Shown: in pieces, positions 1 through 6,981 of the stretch | Layout: every line of letters starts with the position of its first letter | Position numbering within the stretch: the first letter of the stretch is position 1 | IMG/VR virus record: IMGVR_UViG_3300021371_000011 | Strand: one strand, 5' to 3' | From: an uncultured virus (IMG/VR IMGVR_UViG_3300021371_000011) | Taxonomy: Duplodnaviria; Heunggongvirae; Uroviricota; Caudoviricetes | DNA: 20,000 nt | Made by a program: the position numbers and the translations under genes | The notes under the pieces: model-generated | The model's input: the letters and a program-made list of their open reading frames with translations, nothing else | Databases searched by the model: none | Told to the model about the DNA's origin: nothing

Positions 1-72
1 AGAATGATGAAAACAAAAGCGTTAAAAGGTATATGCCCACATTGTAATAAAAAAGATTTACACCCGAAGTGA
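1..72 (+). CDS. 3' end of a probable small zinc-finger protein (partial)
   Basis: Frame 1 is open from the window edge: RMMKTKALKGICPHCNKKDLHPK*, with a CPxC knuckle; the stop is 4 nt before the terminase ATG. Confidence 0.5.
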   Translation, partial: RMMKTKALKGICPHCNKKDLHPK

Positions 73-76
73 TTAT

Positions 77-1591
77 ATGGCTACATTCAATACTAATTTT
101 TCTATGGAACGTAGTCGTAATGACGTAGAGTATTTCTACAAGTGGTTAGGCTATACTTGGGGTGAACACATAGGTGAGTGGGTAGATATGTATGGTAATA
201 ATCACGACAATGCTTCTGTACACCGTGTTTGTATTATTGCACCGAGGGACCACAGTAAATCAACTACTTTAAGGGTAAAACTATTACACATGGCTCTTTT
301 TGAACAATGGCGTAATAAACCTTTTACTTGTTGGTTGTTTTCTGCTAGTAAAGACCTTGCAGTCAGAAGGTTAGAAGAAATAAGAGAAGATATGAAAAGA
401 CACCCTCAATTATCTAGGTATCTCGACCCTAAGAGGGGCAACAAACTAGAAATCCGTTTTACTAATGGTGCATGGATTCGTGCTACTTCTGTCGGTGCGG
501 CTATTCGTGGAGAACACCCTGCGGCTATTGCATTTGATGACGTTCTTGATGATATGGGGGATATGAATTGGAATAACATAGCACAATGGTTTAGAAAGAA
601 AATTACACCTATGTTGAGTCCCGGTACAGCAATTTTCGTAGTAGGTACACCTATGAGTATGAATGATTTGTACCATACAGAAATGCTAGAGAATAAAACA
701 TGGAAATCGGGTACATGGTCTGCTATTCCTAATTGGGATGAACATAAGGCTGACCCACTAAATATTAAGCCTGTAGAGTTGTGGGCTGAATATAGACCTA
801 TTAAGTTTTTACTAGAACAAAAAGAGGCTATGGGTGAATTATCTTTTGTACAGGAATATTTGTGTAAAGTAGTAGATGATGAGGCTAGTGTCTTTCCTAG
901 AATGTTGATTAGAAAAAATATGGATATGGATGCTATATTACAGACTGATAAAATGGATGGGTACAGATATGTTATAGGTTTTGACCCTGCACATGGATTA
1001 GGGCAAGATTACAGCGTTATGATATGCCTAAAGCAAGATGATGACGGTTATATTCATTTTGTAGATATGTGGAGAAGAAATGACTTTCCACCGGATAAAC
1101 AAGCAGATATGTTGATAGAGTGGGCTAAACGCTACGGTAATTGTCCGATAGCGGTTGAGGATGTAGGTTTCCAACAAATGTACGAAAGTTTACTTGCACA
1201 AAAAGGTGCGGTAGTAGATTACAGGGCTAGTAAGGTTAGTAATAGAACATTAAAGCAAGGATTACTAAATAGACTTAGAGTTTGGTTTGAAAGAGAAATG
1301 GTAGTATTCCCATTTGGTAATGACGCTACTAGAACAAAAGTAGGTATATTATTACAAGAATTAGAAACCCATGCGTGGCGTGATGGGATTATAGTAGATT
1401 TAGGCAGACATAACGATACTGTTATGGCTTTTGCACACGCCATAGACCAATTCACATACAGGACACCCGATATGCCGGTAATTATGAAAACAATGAAAGG
1501 CGGCGATTGGTTAGGTGGTGAAACACAAATGCAACGAATAAGCAAACATGAAGGTCTTGGTGGGAAAATAATAGATAGGAGAGGATGGTAA
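77..1591 (+). CDS. terL: Terminase large subunit (ATPase + RNase H-like nuclease)
   Basis: Walker A-like IAPRDHSKST, GAAIRG followed by Walker B AIAFDD, coupling motif VVGTP, FVQEYLC linker, nuclease motifs IGFDPA...DYS, AVED, HNDTVMA; 504 aa. Confidence 0.95.
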   Translation: MATFNTNFSMERSRNDVEYFYKWLGYTWGEHIGEWVDMYGNNHDNASVHRVCIIAPRDHSKSTTLRVKLLHMALFEQWRNKPFTCWLFSASKDLAVRRLEEIREDMKRHPQLSRYLDPKRGNKLEIRFTNGAWIRATSVGAAIRGEHPAAIAFDDVLDDMGDMNWNNIAQWFRKKITPMLSPGTAIFVVGTPMSMNDLYHTEMLENKTWKSGTWSAIPNWDEHKADPLNIKPVELWAEYRPIKFLLEQKEAMGELSFVQEYLCKVVDDEASVFPRMLIRKNMDMDAILQTDKMDGYRYVIGFDPAHGLGQDYSVMICLKQDDDGYIHFVDMWRRNDFPPDKQADMLIEWAKRYGNCPIAVEDVGFQQMYESLLAQKGAVVDYRASKVSNRTLKQGLLNRLRVWFEREMVVFPFGNDATRTKVGILLQELETHAWRDGIIVDLGRHNDTVMAFAHAIDQFTYRTPDMPVIMKTMKGGDWLGGETQMQRISKHEGLGGKIIDRRGW

Positions 1592-1870
1592 GTGAAGAAG
1601 CGATACAATAAACAGAACCCGGAAATAAGAAGGCATGGTCCTAAAAGCAAAAAGATTGTCTATAAGGAATCTATTGATAAAATAATGGATGAAGGGTATT
1701 TAGACGATTGGAAAACATCAGAAGAAATTGCGTGGAAAGCAAATAAGTATGTAAGTAATTATTGGACACCACTTTCTAGGAACATAGTCCCAACGTACTT
1801 GAAGCGTACTAACCAAGTAAAATGGCGTAGAAAACCCGGCGCACATAAACTTGAGTGGAAAAAAATATAA
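1592..1870 (+). CDS. Small basic protein, possibly winged-helix DNA-binding
   Basis: GTG start abuts the terL stop; K/R-rich; KTSEEIAWKAN...LSRNIVPTYLKR resembles an HTH followed by a beta-wing. Confidence 0.6.
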   Translation: MKKRYNKQNPEIRRHGPKSKKIVYKESIDKIMDEGYLDDWKTSEEIAWKANKYVSNYWTPLSRNIVPTYLKRTNQVKWRRKPGAHKLEWKKI

Positions 1871-1957
1871 AAAAATATTTTTCAAAAAAATTATAAAAAA
1901 TCGTAAGCGGTGGTTGGCGGTGTAATACGGCGACCTATGTATGCCTTTTGGAAGAGT

Positions 1958-1993
1958 AAAAGGTGCGTTTTTGGCTCAAAATCGCACTTTTTT
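1958..1993 (+). terminator. Hairpin plus T-tract after the terminase operon
   Basis: AAAAGGTGCGTTTTTG-GCT-CAAAATCGCACTTTTT (one G:U, one mismatch), ending in T6. Confidence 0.5.
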
Positions 1994-2017
1994 GAGTGTG
2001 AACACTACATCGAACAT

Positions 2018-2040
2018 ACTATGTAGTTTCACTACATAGT
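2018..2040. promoter_or_regulatory. Perfect 10-bp inverted repeat (operator-like) just upstream of the 394-aa ORF
   Basis: ACTATGTAGT-TTC-ACTACATAGT; an extra ACTACAT half-site at 2004-2010. Confidence 0.5.
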
Positions 2041-2047
2041 GTTAAGC

Positions 2048-3223
2048 ATGGATGAACTAGTGTTTCACCAAATAGGACGCATAGAAAATGAATGCCCTCT
2101 TGGAGTTAAAGACTCCTTAGAGGATAGGGTAGACTCGGAGTCTAAGACCCTTATAGAGATAGTAAAAACTCTCGGAATTACCACAAAGAAAGGTGAACAT
2201 TTCAAGAGATATTCTTCAATGATTAAGAAACTAAAAGAAGTCGGCTTCCCTATCATAGATTTACCAAACAAAGATATTACTAAAATGAATCTTCAATTAA
2301 AGATTTTACCAAGTAAATCGAATGCTATCGTATCATCATATAAATCGGATGAACTAGGTAGAAGTGTAGACCCTTCAAACAAGAATGTTAAGAGATACTC
2401 AAAGCAAGATTTCACAACCCAACCGAGAAAGATTTGTTCATGTCATTTCAATGATAAATACCGAGAAGATAAATCAGCGACAGCACCGATTTGCTATGCT
2501 ATCTTAGAGAGTAATACTAACCCCAATGAAATCAAACATATTGGAGTAGGTTCAAAGTGTCGTGGTCATGTCTTAAATCACTTCGATTATTACTCATTAG
2601 AAACTTATTACACAAGTGCAATTCTTGAAGATTATTGGAAGAGTATTTTACTCCCGACATTAGACTTCAATAAGTACAATGATTTCACTATGAAGAGAGC
2701 ATCTAAATTGAACCTAAGATTCAATCAAGATGATTCACCATTCAAAGAGCCATTCTACTCAAACAACCAAGATAACCGACACTTAGAACATCCACTAAAT
2801 GAGAATGAAAAAGGTGTTTGTATTGACTGTAATTCCCAAGGTTTTCAATGCCTAACAAAACAGAAAAAGAACGGTCATAAAGAAGTGTTCGGAGAAATGC
2901 AAGTTAACACCCTTGATTATTGGGGTTGGCAATCAGAGACTTTTGATATGGTTGGTCTTGAACAATCATGGAATCAACCAAAGTATTTGATGAATCTCGA
3001 TACTAAAGAAATTAAGTCCGTTGAAGAATGGGGTCTTGATGGTTTCAGATGCCGACCCGTTTGGAGATATACAATTGCTTGCTTCTTAGGTAGAGAAAAT
3101 CAAATTGGCTTCGGTTGGGTTAAGTTTCAACCAACAGACAGACTAATGAATGCACTAAATAAAATCAATAATGTATCTACTACAAATCTACTGTTTGAGG
3201 ATATAGACGGGGGGTACTATTAG
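2048..3223 (+). CDS. Hypothetical protein (~391 aa), possibly Zn-binding
   Basis: Long ORF (ATG 2048; alternative GTG 2039); CSCH, GVGSKC..H and CIDC motifs; no family recognised. Confidence 0.75.
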   Translation: MDELVFHQIGRIENECPLGVKDSLEDRVDSESKTLIEIVKTLGITTKKGEHFKRYSSMIKKLKEVGFPIIDLPNKDITKMNLQLKILPSKSNAIVSSYKSDELGRSVDPSNKNVKRYSKQDFTTQPRKICSCHFNDKYREDKSATAPICYAILESNTNPNEIKHIGVGSKCRGHVLNHFDYYSLETYYTSAILEDYWKSILLPTLDFNKYNDFTMKRASKLNLRFNQDDSPFKEPFYSNNQDNRHLEHPLNENEKGVCIDCNSQGFQCLTKQKKNGHKEVFGEMQVNTLDYWGWQSETFDMVGLEQSWNQPKYLMNLDTKEIKSVEEWGLDGFRCRPVWRYTIACFLGRENQIGFGWVKFQPTDRLMNALNKINNVSTTNLLFEDIDGGYY

Positions 3224-3229
3224 ACGTAA

Positions 3230-3265
3230 AGGGGGTTAGGGGTCGTCAAGACCTCTAGCCTCTCT
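3230..3265 (+). terminator. G:U-rich RNA hairpin directly after the stop codon
   Basis: GGGGGTTAGGGGTC-GTCAA-GACCTCTAGCCTCT pairs fully on the + strand only when G:U pairs are allowed; no long T-tract. Confidence 0.5.
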
Positions 3266-3293
3266 TAAAACATCACAATAGGGGGTAAAAAAC

Positions 3294-3401
3294 ATGAAAG
3301 AAATAGTAAAGTGTACAAGGTGTAAATCATACCTTTGGGAATCTTCTCAAATTGTATGTAAGGAGTGCTTTGATGAATGGAAAGCAACGGTGATAATATG
3401 A
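3294..3401 (+). CDS. Small zinc-finger protein (35 aa), not in ORF track
   Basis: MKEIVKCTRCKSYLWESSQIVCKECFDEWKATVII*; two CxxC; GGGGGT RBS; ATGA overlap with the next gene. Confidence 0.6.
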   Translation: MKEIVKCTRCKSYLWESSQIVCKECFDEWKATVII

Positions 3402-3697
3402 GTTTAGAAAATGGAGATATAATCGTAGTGAAATGGATGATAAAAACGTCAAAGAAAAAAATATGGACTTCCGTATTTACTGACTTTGATGATTACTTAG
3501 ATTTCATTGATTCGGGAAATAAAATAATAATAACACAAGACCGAAAAAATAATGTTTTTGGTGCATGGCTAAAAAGACTTCAAACAGAAGAAGAAAAGAC
3601 AAATGATGATTTTGAATTAATGGATTATTTAGAAGAGATAGAAACTATTGAGGATGAAAGAATGAACGCGAAAAAGTCGAGAAAGGGGGTGATATGA
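3398..3697 (+). CDS. Hypothetical protein
   Basis: Start refined to ATG 3398 (GGTGA RBS, ATGA overlap). Confidence 0.7.
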   Translation: MSLENGDIIVVKWMIKTSKKKIWTSVFTDFDDYLDFIDSGNKIIITQDRKNNVFGAWLKRLQTEEEKTNDDFELMDYLEEIETIEDERMNAKKSRKGVI

Positions 3698-3698
3698 A

Positions 3699-4016
3699 AT
3701 GACTATAACTAAGAAAACTGAATTAGATTTTAAAGAAGCAACACTAAAATATAGATGCAAGAAAACAGGAAAAATTGAAATCAGAACAGCAAATCTACAA
3801 GAGTGGTTTGAAGATGAAGAGTTTGATTTAATTGGGTTTGAAACTGAAGAAATGAGTAATCTAAAATATAAATTAGAACATTTAATTTGCGGTTTGTTTG
3901 ATGCTGACAGAGAATTGAATAAAACAATTAATGCTTTGAAACCTAATCTTGAATACCAAAGAAAAATTATAAGAGATAATTTATTAGATATTGACACTAA
4001 ATCTAAATCACTTTGA
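3699..4016 (+). CDS. Hypothetical protein
   Basis: GGGGTGA RBS; tightly packed; followed by hairpins. Confidence 0.7.
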   Translation: MTITKKTELDFKEATLKYRCKKTGKIEIRTANLQEWFEDEEFDLIGFETEEMSNLKYKLEHLICGLFDADRELNKTINALKPNLEYQRKIIRDNLLDIDTKSKSL

Positions 4017-4084
4017 TTAGATTTAATATTAATCGGATTTACAAAAAACTTCTAGGGATATATTCCTAGAAGTCGAAATTAATT

Positions 4085-4122
4085 AGGTCGGCCACCGAAT
4101 ATCGGTGGTCGGCCTTTTTTTT
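4085..4122 (+). terminator. Intrinsic-type terminator
   Basis: AGGTCGGCCACCGA-ATA-TCGGTGGTCGGCCT (14-bp stem, two G:U) followed by a T-run. Confidence 0.8.
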
Positions 4123-4137
4123 ATTTTTACAAAAGTC

Positions 4138-4390
4138 AACCCTACAAAATATAACCCTACATTTTTATTTCTAGGCGTTAACCCTACAAAATATAACCCT
4201 ACAAAATAAAAACCCTACAAAATATGACCCTACAAAATATAACCCTACAAAACATAGTCCTACAAAAGTCTGAAAGAATCTGAAAAATAAAAATGTTTTC
4301 AAAAATTAAGAATCCAAACCCTACAAAAGAATCCAAACCCTACAAAAAAAAGGTAAGGTAGGGGTCTAGTGTCCCCCTACCCTACAAAAG
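4138..4390 (+). repeat. Array 1 of AACCCTACAAAAT repeats (11 copies, including a 15-bp-period tandem block)
   Basis: Copies at about 4138, 4153, 4180, 4195, 4211, 4226, 4241, 4256, 4317, 4336 and 4380, all in + orientation. Confidence 0.95.
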
Positions 4391-4397
4391 TTTTTTT
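4345..4397. terminator. Probable bidirectional hairpin terminator downstream of the minus-strand ORF
   Basis: GGTAGGGG...CCCCTACC stem flanked by an A-tract (4345-4351) and a T-tract (4391-4397). Confidence 0.55.
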
Positions 4398-4689
4398 ATA
4401 TTATTTGTATATCAGTATATGTGTCGCTTGATTTTTTTACGGTGTATGTTTTTTTACTAACTTTTCCATCTGGGTTAAATATTGTTATTTCGCCTTTGCC
4501 GTATTTTTTCATTCCGTGTATAGACATATTTACAGTACCATTTTCGTGTTCATATATATTAAAACGAACACCACCTACCGTAATGTAATGAAGGGCTGAT
4601 TTCTCGCCCTCTCTAGGAACTAATTCAATACTATGAATCTCCTCTAATCGCAGTCTAGTGCCAGCCTCTAGGTCAATCTCCTTTACCAT
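4396..4689 (-). CDS. Hypothetical protein (the only convincing minus-strand gene)
   Basis: 97 aa, beta-rich; has its own TATA-like box 29 bp upstream and a hairpin downstream. Confidence 0.7.
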   Translation of the reverse strand: MVKEIDLEAGTRLRLEEIHSIELVPREGEKSALHYITVGGVRFNIYEHENGTVNMSIHGMKKYGKGEITIFNPDGKVSKKTYTVKKSSDTYTDIQII

Positions 4690-4710
4690 GTTTTAGTCTA
4701 ATTACATTTT

Positions 4711-4754
4711 GCTTATAGTATTATCTATAATCAATCTCTTTATTTTGTAGGGTT
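4711..4754 (-). promoter_or_regulatory. Class II promoter (repeat-anchored) for ORF 4689-4396
   Basis: Minus strand reads AACCCTACAAAATAAAGAGATTGA...CTATAAGC; ATG at +65 from the repeat start. Confidence 0.55.
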
Positions 4755-4869
4755 ATTTTTTATTGTGTGATTATTTCTCCCTACAAAATATTATGTATCT
4801 TTTTTTATTATGCCCCTCTAAGTAGGGGGGTTTCAGCCCAAAAAAAACAAACCCTACAAAATAATAATA

Positions 4870-4905
4870 AGTGTAGTTTTTACACTAAGTGTTGTGAATA
4901 ACACC
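4870..4905. repeat. Tandem AGTGT-N7/8-ACACY palindromes (cluster A)
   Basis: AGTGTAgttttTACACT-A-AGTGTTgtgaatAACACC. Confidence 0.6.
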
Positions 4906-4940
4906 GAATAACCCTACAAAATAAGTTTTTTCGTAAAAAA

Positions 4941-4984
4941 AACCCTACAAAATAAGGAGATTCATAATAATAGTCTTTATATAG
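4941..4984 (+). promoter_or_regulatory. Class II promoter with no downstream ORF
   Basis: AACCCTACAAAATAAGGAGATTCA...TTTATATAG; TATA at +35 as in the 5445 copy; predicted start about 5005. Confidence 0.5.
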
Positions 4985-5258
4985 GTAAACAGCATCTCAT
5001 TACGGATAAGTGGTTTTGCGAAATTGTTTTGTAGGGTCGAAATAACATGGCCGGATTTGACATAGAGTCTAGCGGATAAAAAATAAACCCTACAAAATAA
5101 AAAAAACGCTGTACTGCGGCGGTGCAAAAAGTAAACCTGAGATTTTTTACCTACAAAATAAAACCTACAAAAGATTTTCCTACATTTTCTTAGCCATGAT
5201 TATTTTGTAGGGTTTCCAAGAGTGAAAAAAATATTTTGTAGGTTGAAAAAGTGCAGTT

Positions 5259-5317
5259 AGTGTAAAATCTACACCGAGTGTCAAAAAACTCACCAAGTGA
5301 GAAAGACACACTAAGTT
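5259..5317. repeat. Tandem AGTGW-N7/8-WCACY palindromes (cluster B, 3 units, 18-19 bp period)
   Basis: AGTGTAaaatcTACACC-G-AGTGTcaaaaaacTCACC-A-AGTGAgaaagacACACT-A-AGT. Confidence 0.6.
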
Positions 5318-5444
5318 ATTTTGTAGGGTATTACTATTGAGAAAAAACTAAAATCCTACAAAATATTAAATACTAAGATTATTTTTTGGGTAAAACAAAA
5401 CCCTACAAAAGACAGGCTATAAGCGACCGAAAAACACTAAATAT

Positions 5445-5488
5445 AACCCTACAAAATAAGGAGAATGAGAATAGAAACGCTTATATAG
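5445..5488 (+). promoter_or_regulatory. Class II promoter for ORF 5509
   Basis: AACCCTACAAAATAAGGAGAATGA...CTTATATAG (5480); ATG 5509 is 29 bp after the TATA start. Confidence 0.6.
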
Positions 5489-5508
5489 GGGAACTAATAT
5501 TGTATATT

Positions 5509-6087
5509 ATGACTAAAATTAAGAAAGCGTGCAGATATAAGAAATGTAAAGGGGTTATCCATCGAGGTAAATGCCCCGTCGCCTCAAGTCGAGGTTCAAA
5601 AGGTGGCAGCACTACCGGAAAATCAAAAGCGAGAACGGGTTCAAATAATGGCCGATTTACAGGACTTCGAGAATGTGGATGTCCTAAGCGTCAACATTTA
5701 CCTTCATGTATTCATTCTCAATTGACATTACAAAAAGTCAAAATTATTAATGCACATGATTTCAATTATAATTCAAATCTACCACTAGAAAATTATCAGC
5801 AAATCATTCAATCTAAGTTTCCAAAATCTCAACCGAAAGTTAGAATTGCCCGAAAAGAAAATATTCCACTCAAGAGAACTGTCGCCAAATGGGAATTAGA
5901 AAATGCCGTCAAGGTAAAATCAATTCCACATTATTCATTCTTAAAATATACAGGCGTGTGTGCCTCATGTGGGTGCGTGCGTGATGTGCATGATGCACAT
6001 ATGATACACGTAGATGATATAAAATACAAATTACCCGAAGAACATTATTTCAAGGCTCGGATTGTTTGCCACGCTTGCGAAGCATAA
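5509..6087 (+). CDS. Cys/His-rich basic protein with a degenerate HNH-like zinc-binding C-terminus
   Basis: Start refined to ATG 5509; CRYKKC..H...C, CGC...H...C, GSNNGRFTG and CASCG...IHVDDI...IVCHAC (HNH-like spacing, D where the catalytic H is expected). Confidence 0.65.
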   Translation: MTKIKKACRYKKCKGVIHRGKCPVASSRGSKGGSTTGKSKARTGSNNGRFTGLRECGCPKRQHLPSCIHSQLTLQKVKIINAHDFNYNSNLPLENYQQIIQSKFPKSQPKVRIARKENIPLKRTVAKWELENAVKVKSIPHYSFLKYTGVCASCGCVRDVHDAHMIHVDDIKYKLPEEHYFKARIVCHACEA

Positions 6088-6104
6088 TCGGAGACTATAA
6101 ATAG
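6071..6104 (+). promoter_or_regulatory. Class I promoter element, copy 1
   Basis: ACGCTTGCGAAGCATAAT-N7-TATAAATAG; ATG at +54 (6125). Confidence 0.8.
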
Positions 6105-6124
6105 TATTAAAGATAGGTGAAAAC

Positions 6125-6226
6125 ATGGACAAAAGAGGCGTAAATAATAGAGGCACTACTCAAAGAATCGTGAATATGCTTCTCGATGATTCTAAAAATT
6201 ACGGGAGAAAAAGATATGAAAATTAA
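6125..6226 (+). CDS. Small hypothetical protein (33 aa)
   Basis: MDKRGVNNRG...; ATG at +54 of the promoter element, GGTGA upstream. Confidence 0.5.
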   Translation: MDKRGVNNRGTTQRIVNMLLDDSKNYGRKRYEN

Positions 6227-6437
6227 TTATGAAAAATATTGCTATAAGATTGATAGTAATTACGGCCTTCATTATAATAATTCTTATTATAATGTTGGTG
6301 GTGATGGTAAAGTTTCACAATGTAAAATAATAATTGTTGATGACGGTTATGGAATCATCAAACCATTTTCATTTACTTTTGAAATATCTGAGCCTACATT
6401 TTGTAGGGTTGGAAATGACGCTTGCGAAGCACAATGA
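6216..6437 (+). CDS. Hypothetical protein
   Basis: ATG 6216 with GGGAG RBS; C-terminus DACEAQ* is encoded by promoter copy 2. Confidence 0.5.
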   Translation: MKINYEKYCYKIDSNYGLHYNNSYYNVGGDGKVSQCKIIIVDDGYGIIKPFSFTFEISEPTFCRVGNDACEAQ

Positions 6438-6451
6438 GAGACTTTAAATAA
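6418..6451 (+). promoter_or_regulatory. Class I promoter element, copy 2
   Basis: ACGCTTGCGAAGCACAAT-N7-TTTAAATAA; leadered, with GGAG RBS before ATG 6500. Confidence 0.8.
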
Positions 6452-6499
6452 GATTGACGATAAGATTAAATTGTAAGAAAAACAACGGAGACAAAAAAT

Positions 6500-6583
6500 A
6501 TGTATGAAGATAGCGAATGGCTAAAAGAGATGATTAAAAAGACGAATGCGGGAATGATTTATTTGGCGGGGTCTGAGAGATGA
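6500..6583 (+). CDS. Possible 27-aa peptide
   Basis: MYEDSEWLKEMIKKTNAGMIYLAGSER*; GGAG RBS. Confidence 0.4.
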   Translation: MYEDSEWLKEMIKKTNAGMIYLAGSER

Positions 6584-6589
6584 AAGATT

Positions 6590-6970
6590 TACGCCCGACA
6601 CTTCAAAACCGAAAAGATTTGAGAAAGTCAAATCCGCCCTTGACCCTTTGGGCAAGGCAGCAAATTGACAAACTCGGTTTTAATGCCGAGCAATTCTGAG
6701 CCTACATTTTGTAGGGTTAGAAATCCCACTCCCGCCCGTTGAGCGTTGATTTCGGGCTGCATCCTAAGCATGATGTGAGATTGCGAATAACCTATTGACG
6801 AGTAGGCGAAAACTTTCGGAAACTGCTTACATTTAACGAAAAAGAAAAAAAGATTTACGCAAAAAAGAAAAGAAAGCCTTCCGGCATTAGGTTCGGAAGA
6901 GGACTTTCTTTTAAGGTCAAAATACCTTTCGGGGTGCATCCATTTCGGGTGCATCCCACTTTTTTTATTT
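6590..6970 (+). ncRNA. Candidate structured non-coding RNA
   Basis: At least 7 consecutive stem-loops, locally higher GC, no convincing long + ORF, ends in a terminator. Confidence 0.45.
6931..6966 (+). terminator. Intrinsic-type terminator
   Basis: GGGGTGCATCC-ATTTC-GGGTGCATCCC (two G:U) followed by ACTTTTTTT. Confidence 0.75.
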
Positions 6971-6981
6971 TTATAGCCTAT

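Larger units (their letters stand above)
4742..5457. repeat. Array 2 of AACCCTACAAAAT repeats (~16 dispersed copies, both orientations)
   Basis: Forward copies at about 4779, 4849, 4910, 4941, 5086, 5149, 5162, 5179, 5354, 5399, 5445; reverse copies at about 4742, 5027, 5202, 5233, 5318. Confidence 0.9.

Noticed and set aside
77..1591. Intein or intron in terL
   Set aside because: The length is normal and the motifs are contiguous; no intein splice motifs were seen
4138..4270. Tandem repeats as a mini-CRISPR or eukaryotic telomere (reverse strand TTTTGTAGGGTT resembles TTAGGG)
   Set aside because: 15-bp units have no unique spacers; copies are internal, dispersed, in both orientations and in a viral gene context
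5386..5508. N-terminal extension of the 233-aa ORF from TTG 5386
   Set aside because: Runs through repeats and the promoter; ATG 5509 fits the TATA spacing
6795..6822. Hammerhead ribozyme core (TTGACGA-GTAGGC-GAAA)
   Set aside because: U instead of C3, essentially no stem II, an extra A would be needed to pair with the distant GAAAGTC, and no stem I was found
6628..6954. 108-aa minus-strand ORF
   Set aside because: Starts inside the terminator stem, has low-complexity F-rich content and no promoter or RBS; better explained as antisense to a structured RNA
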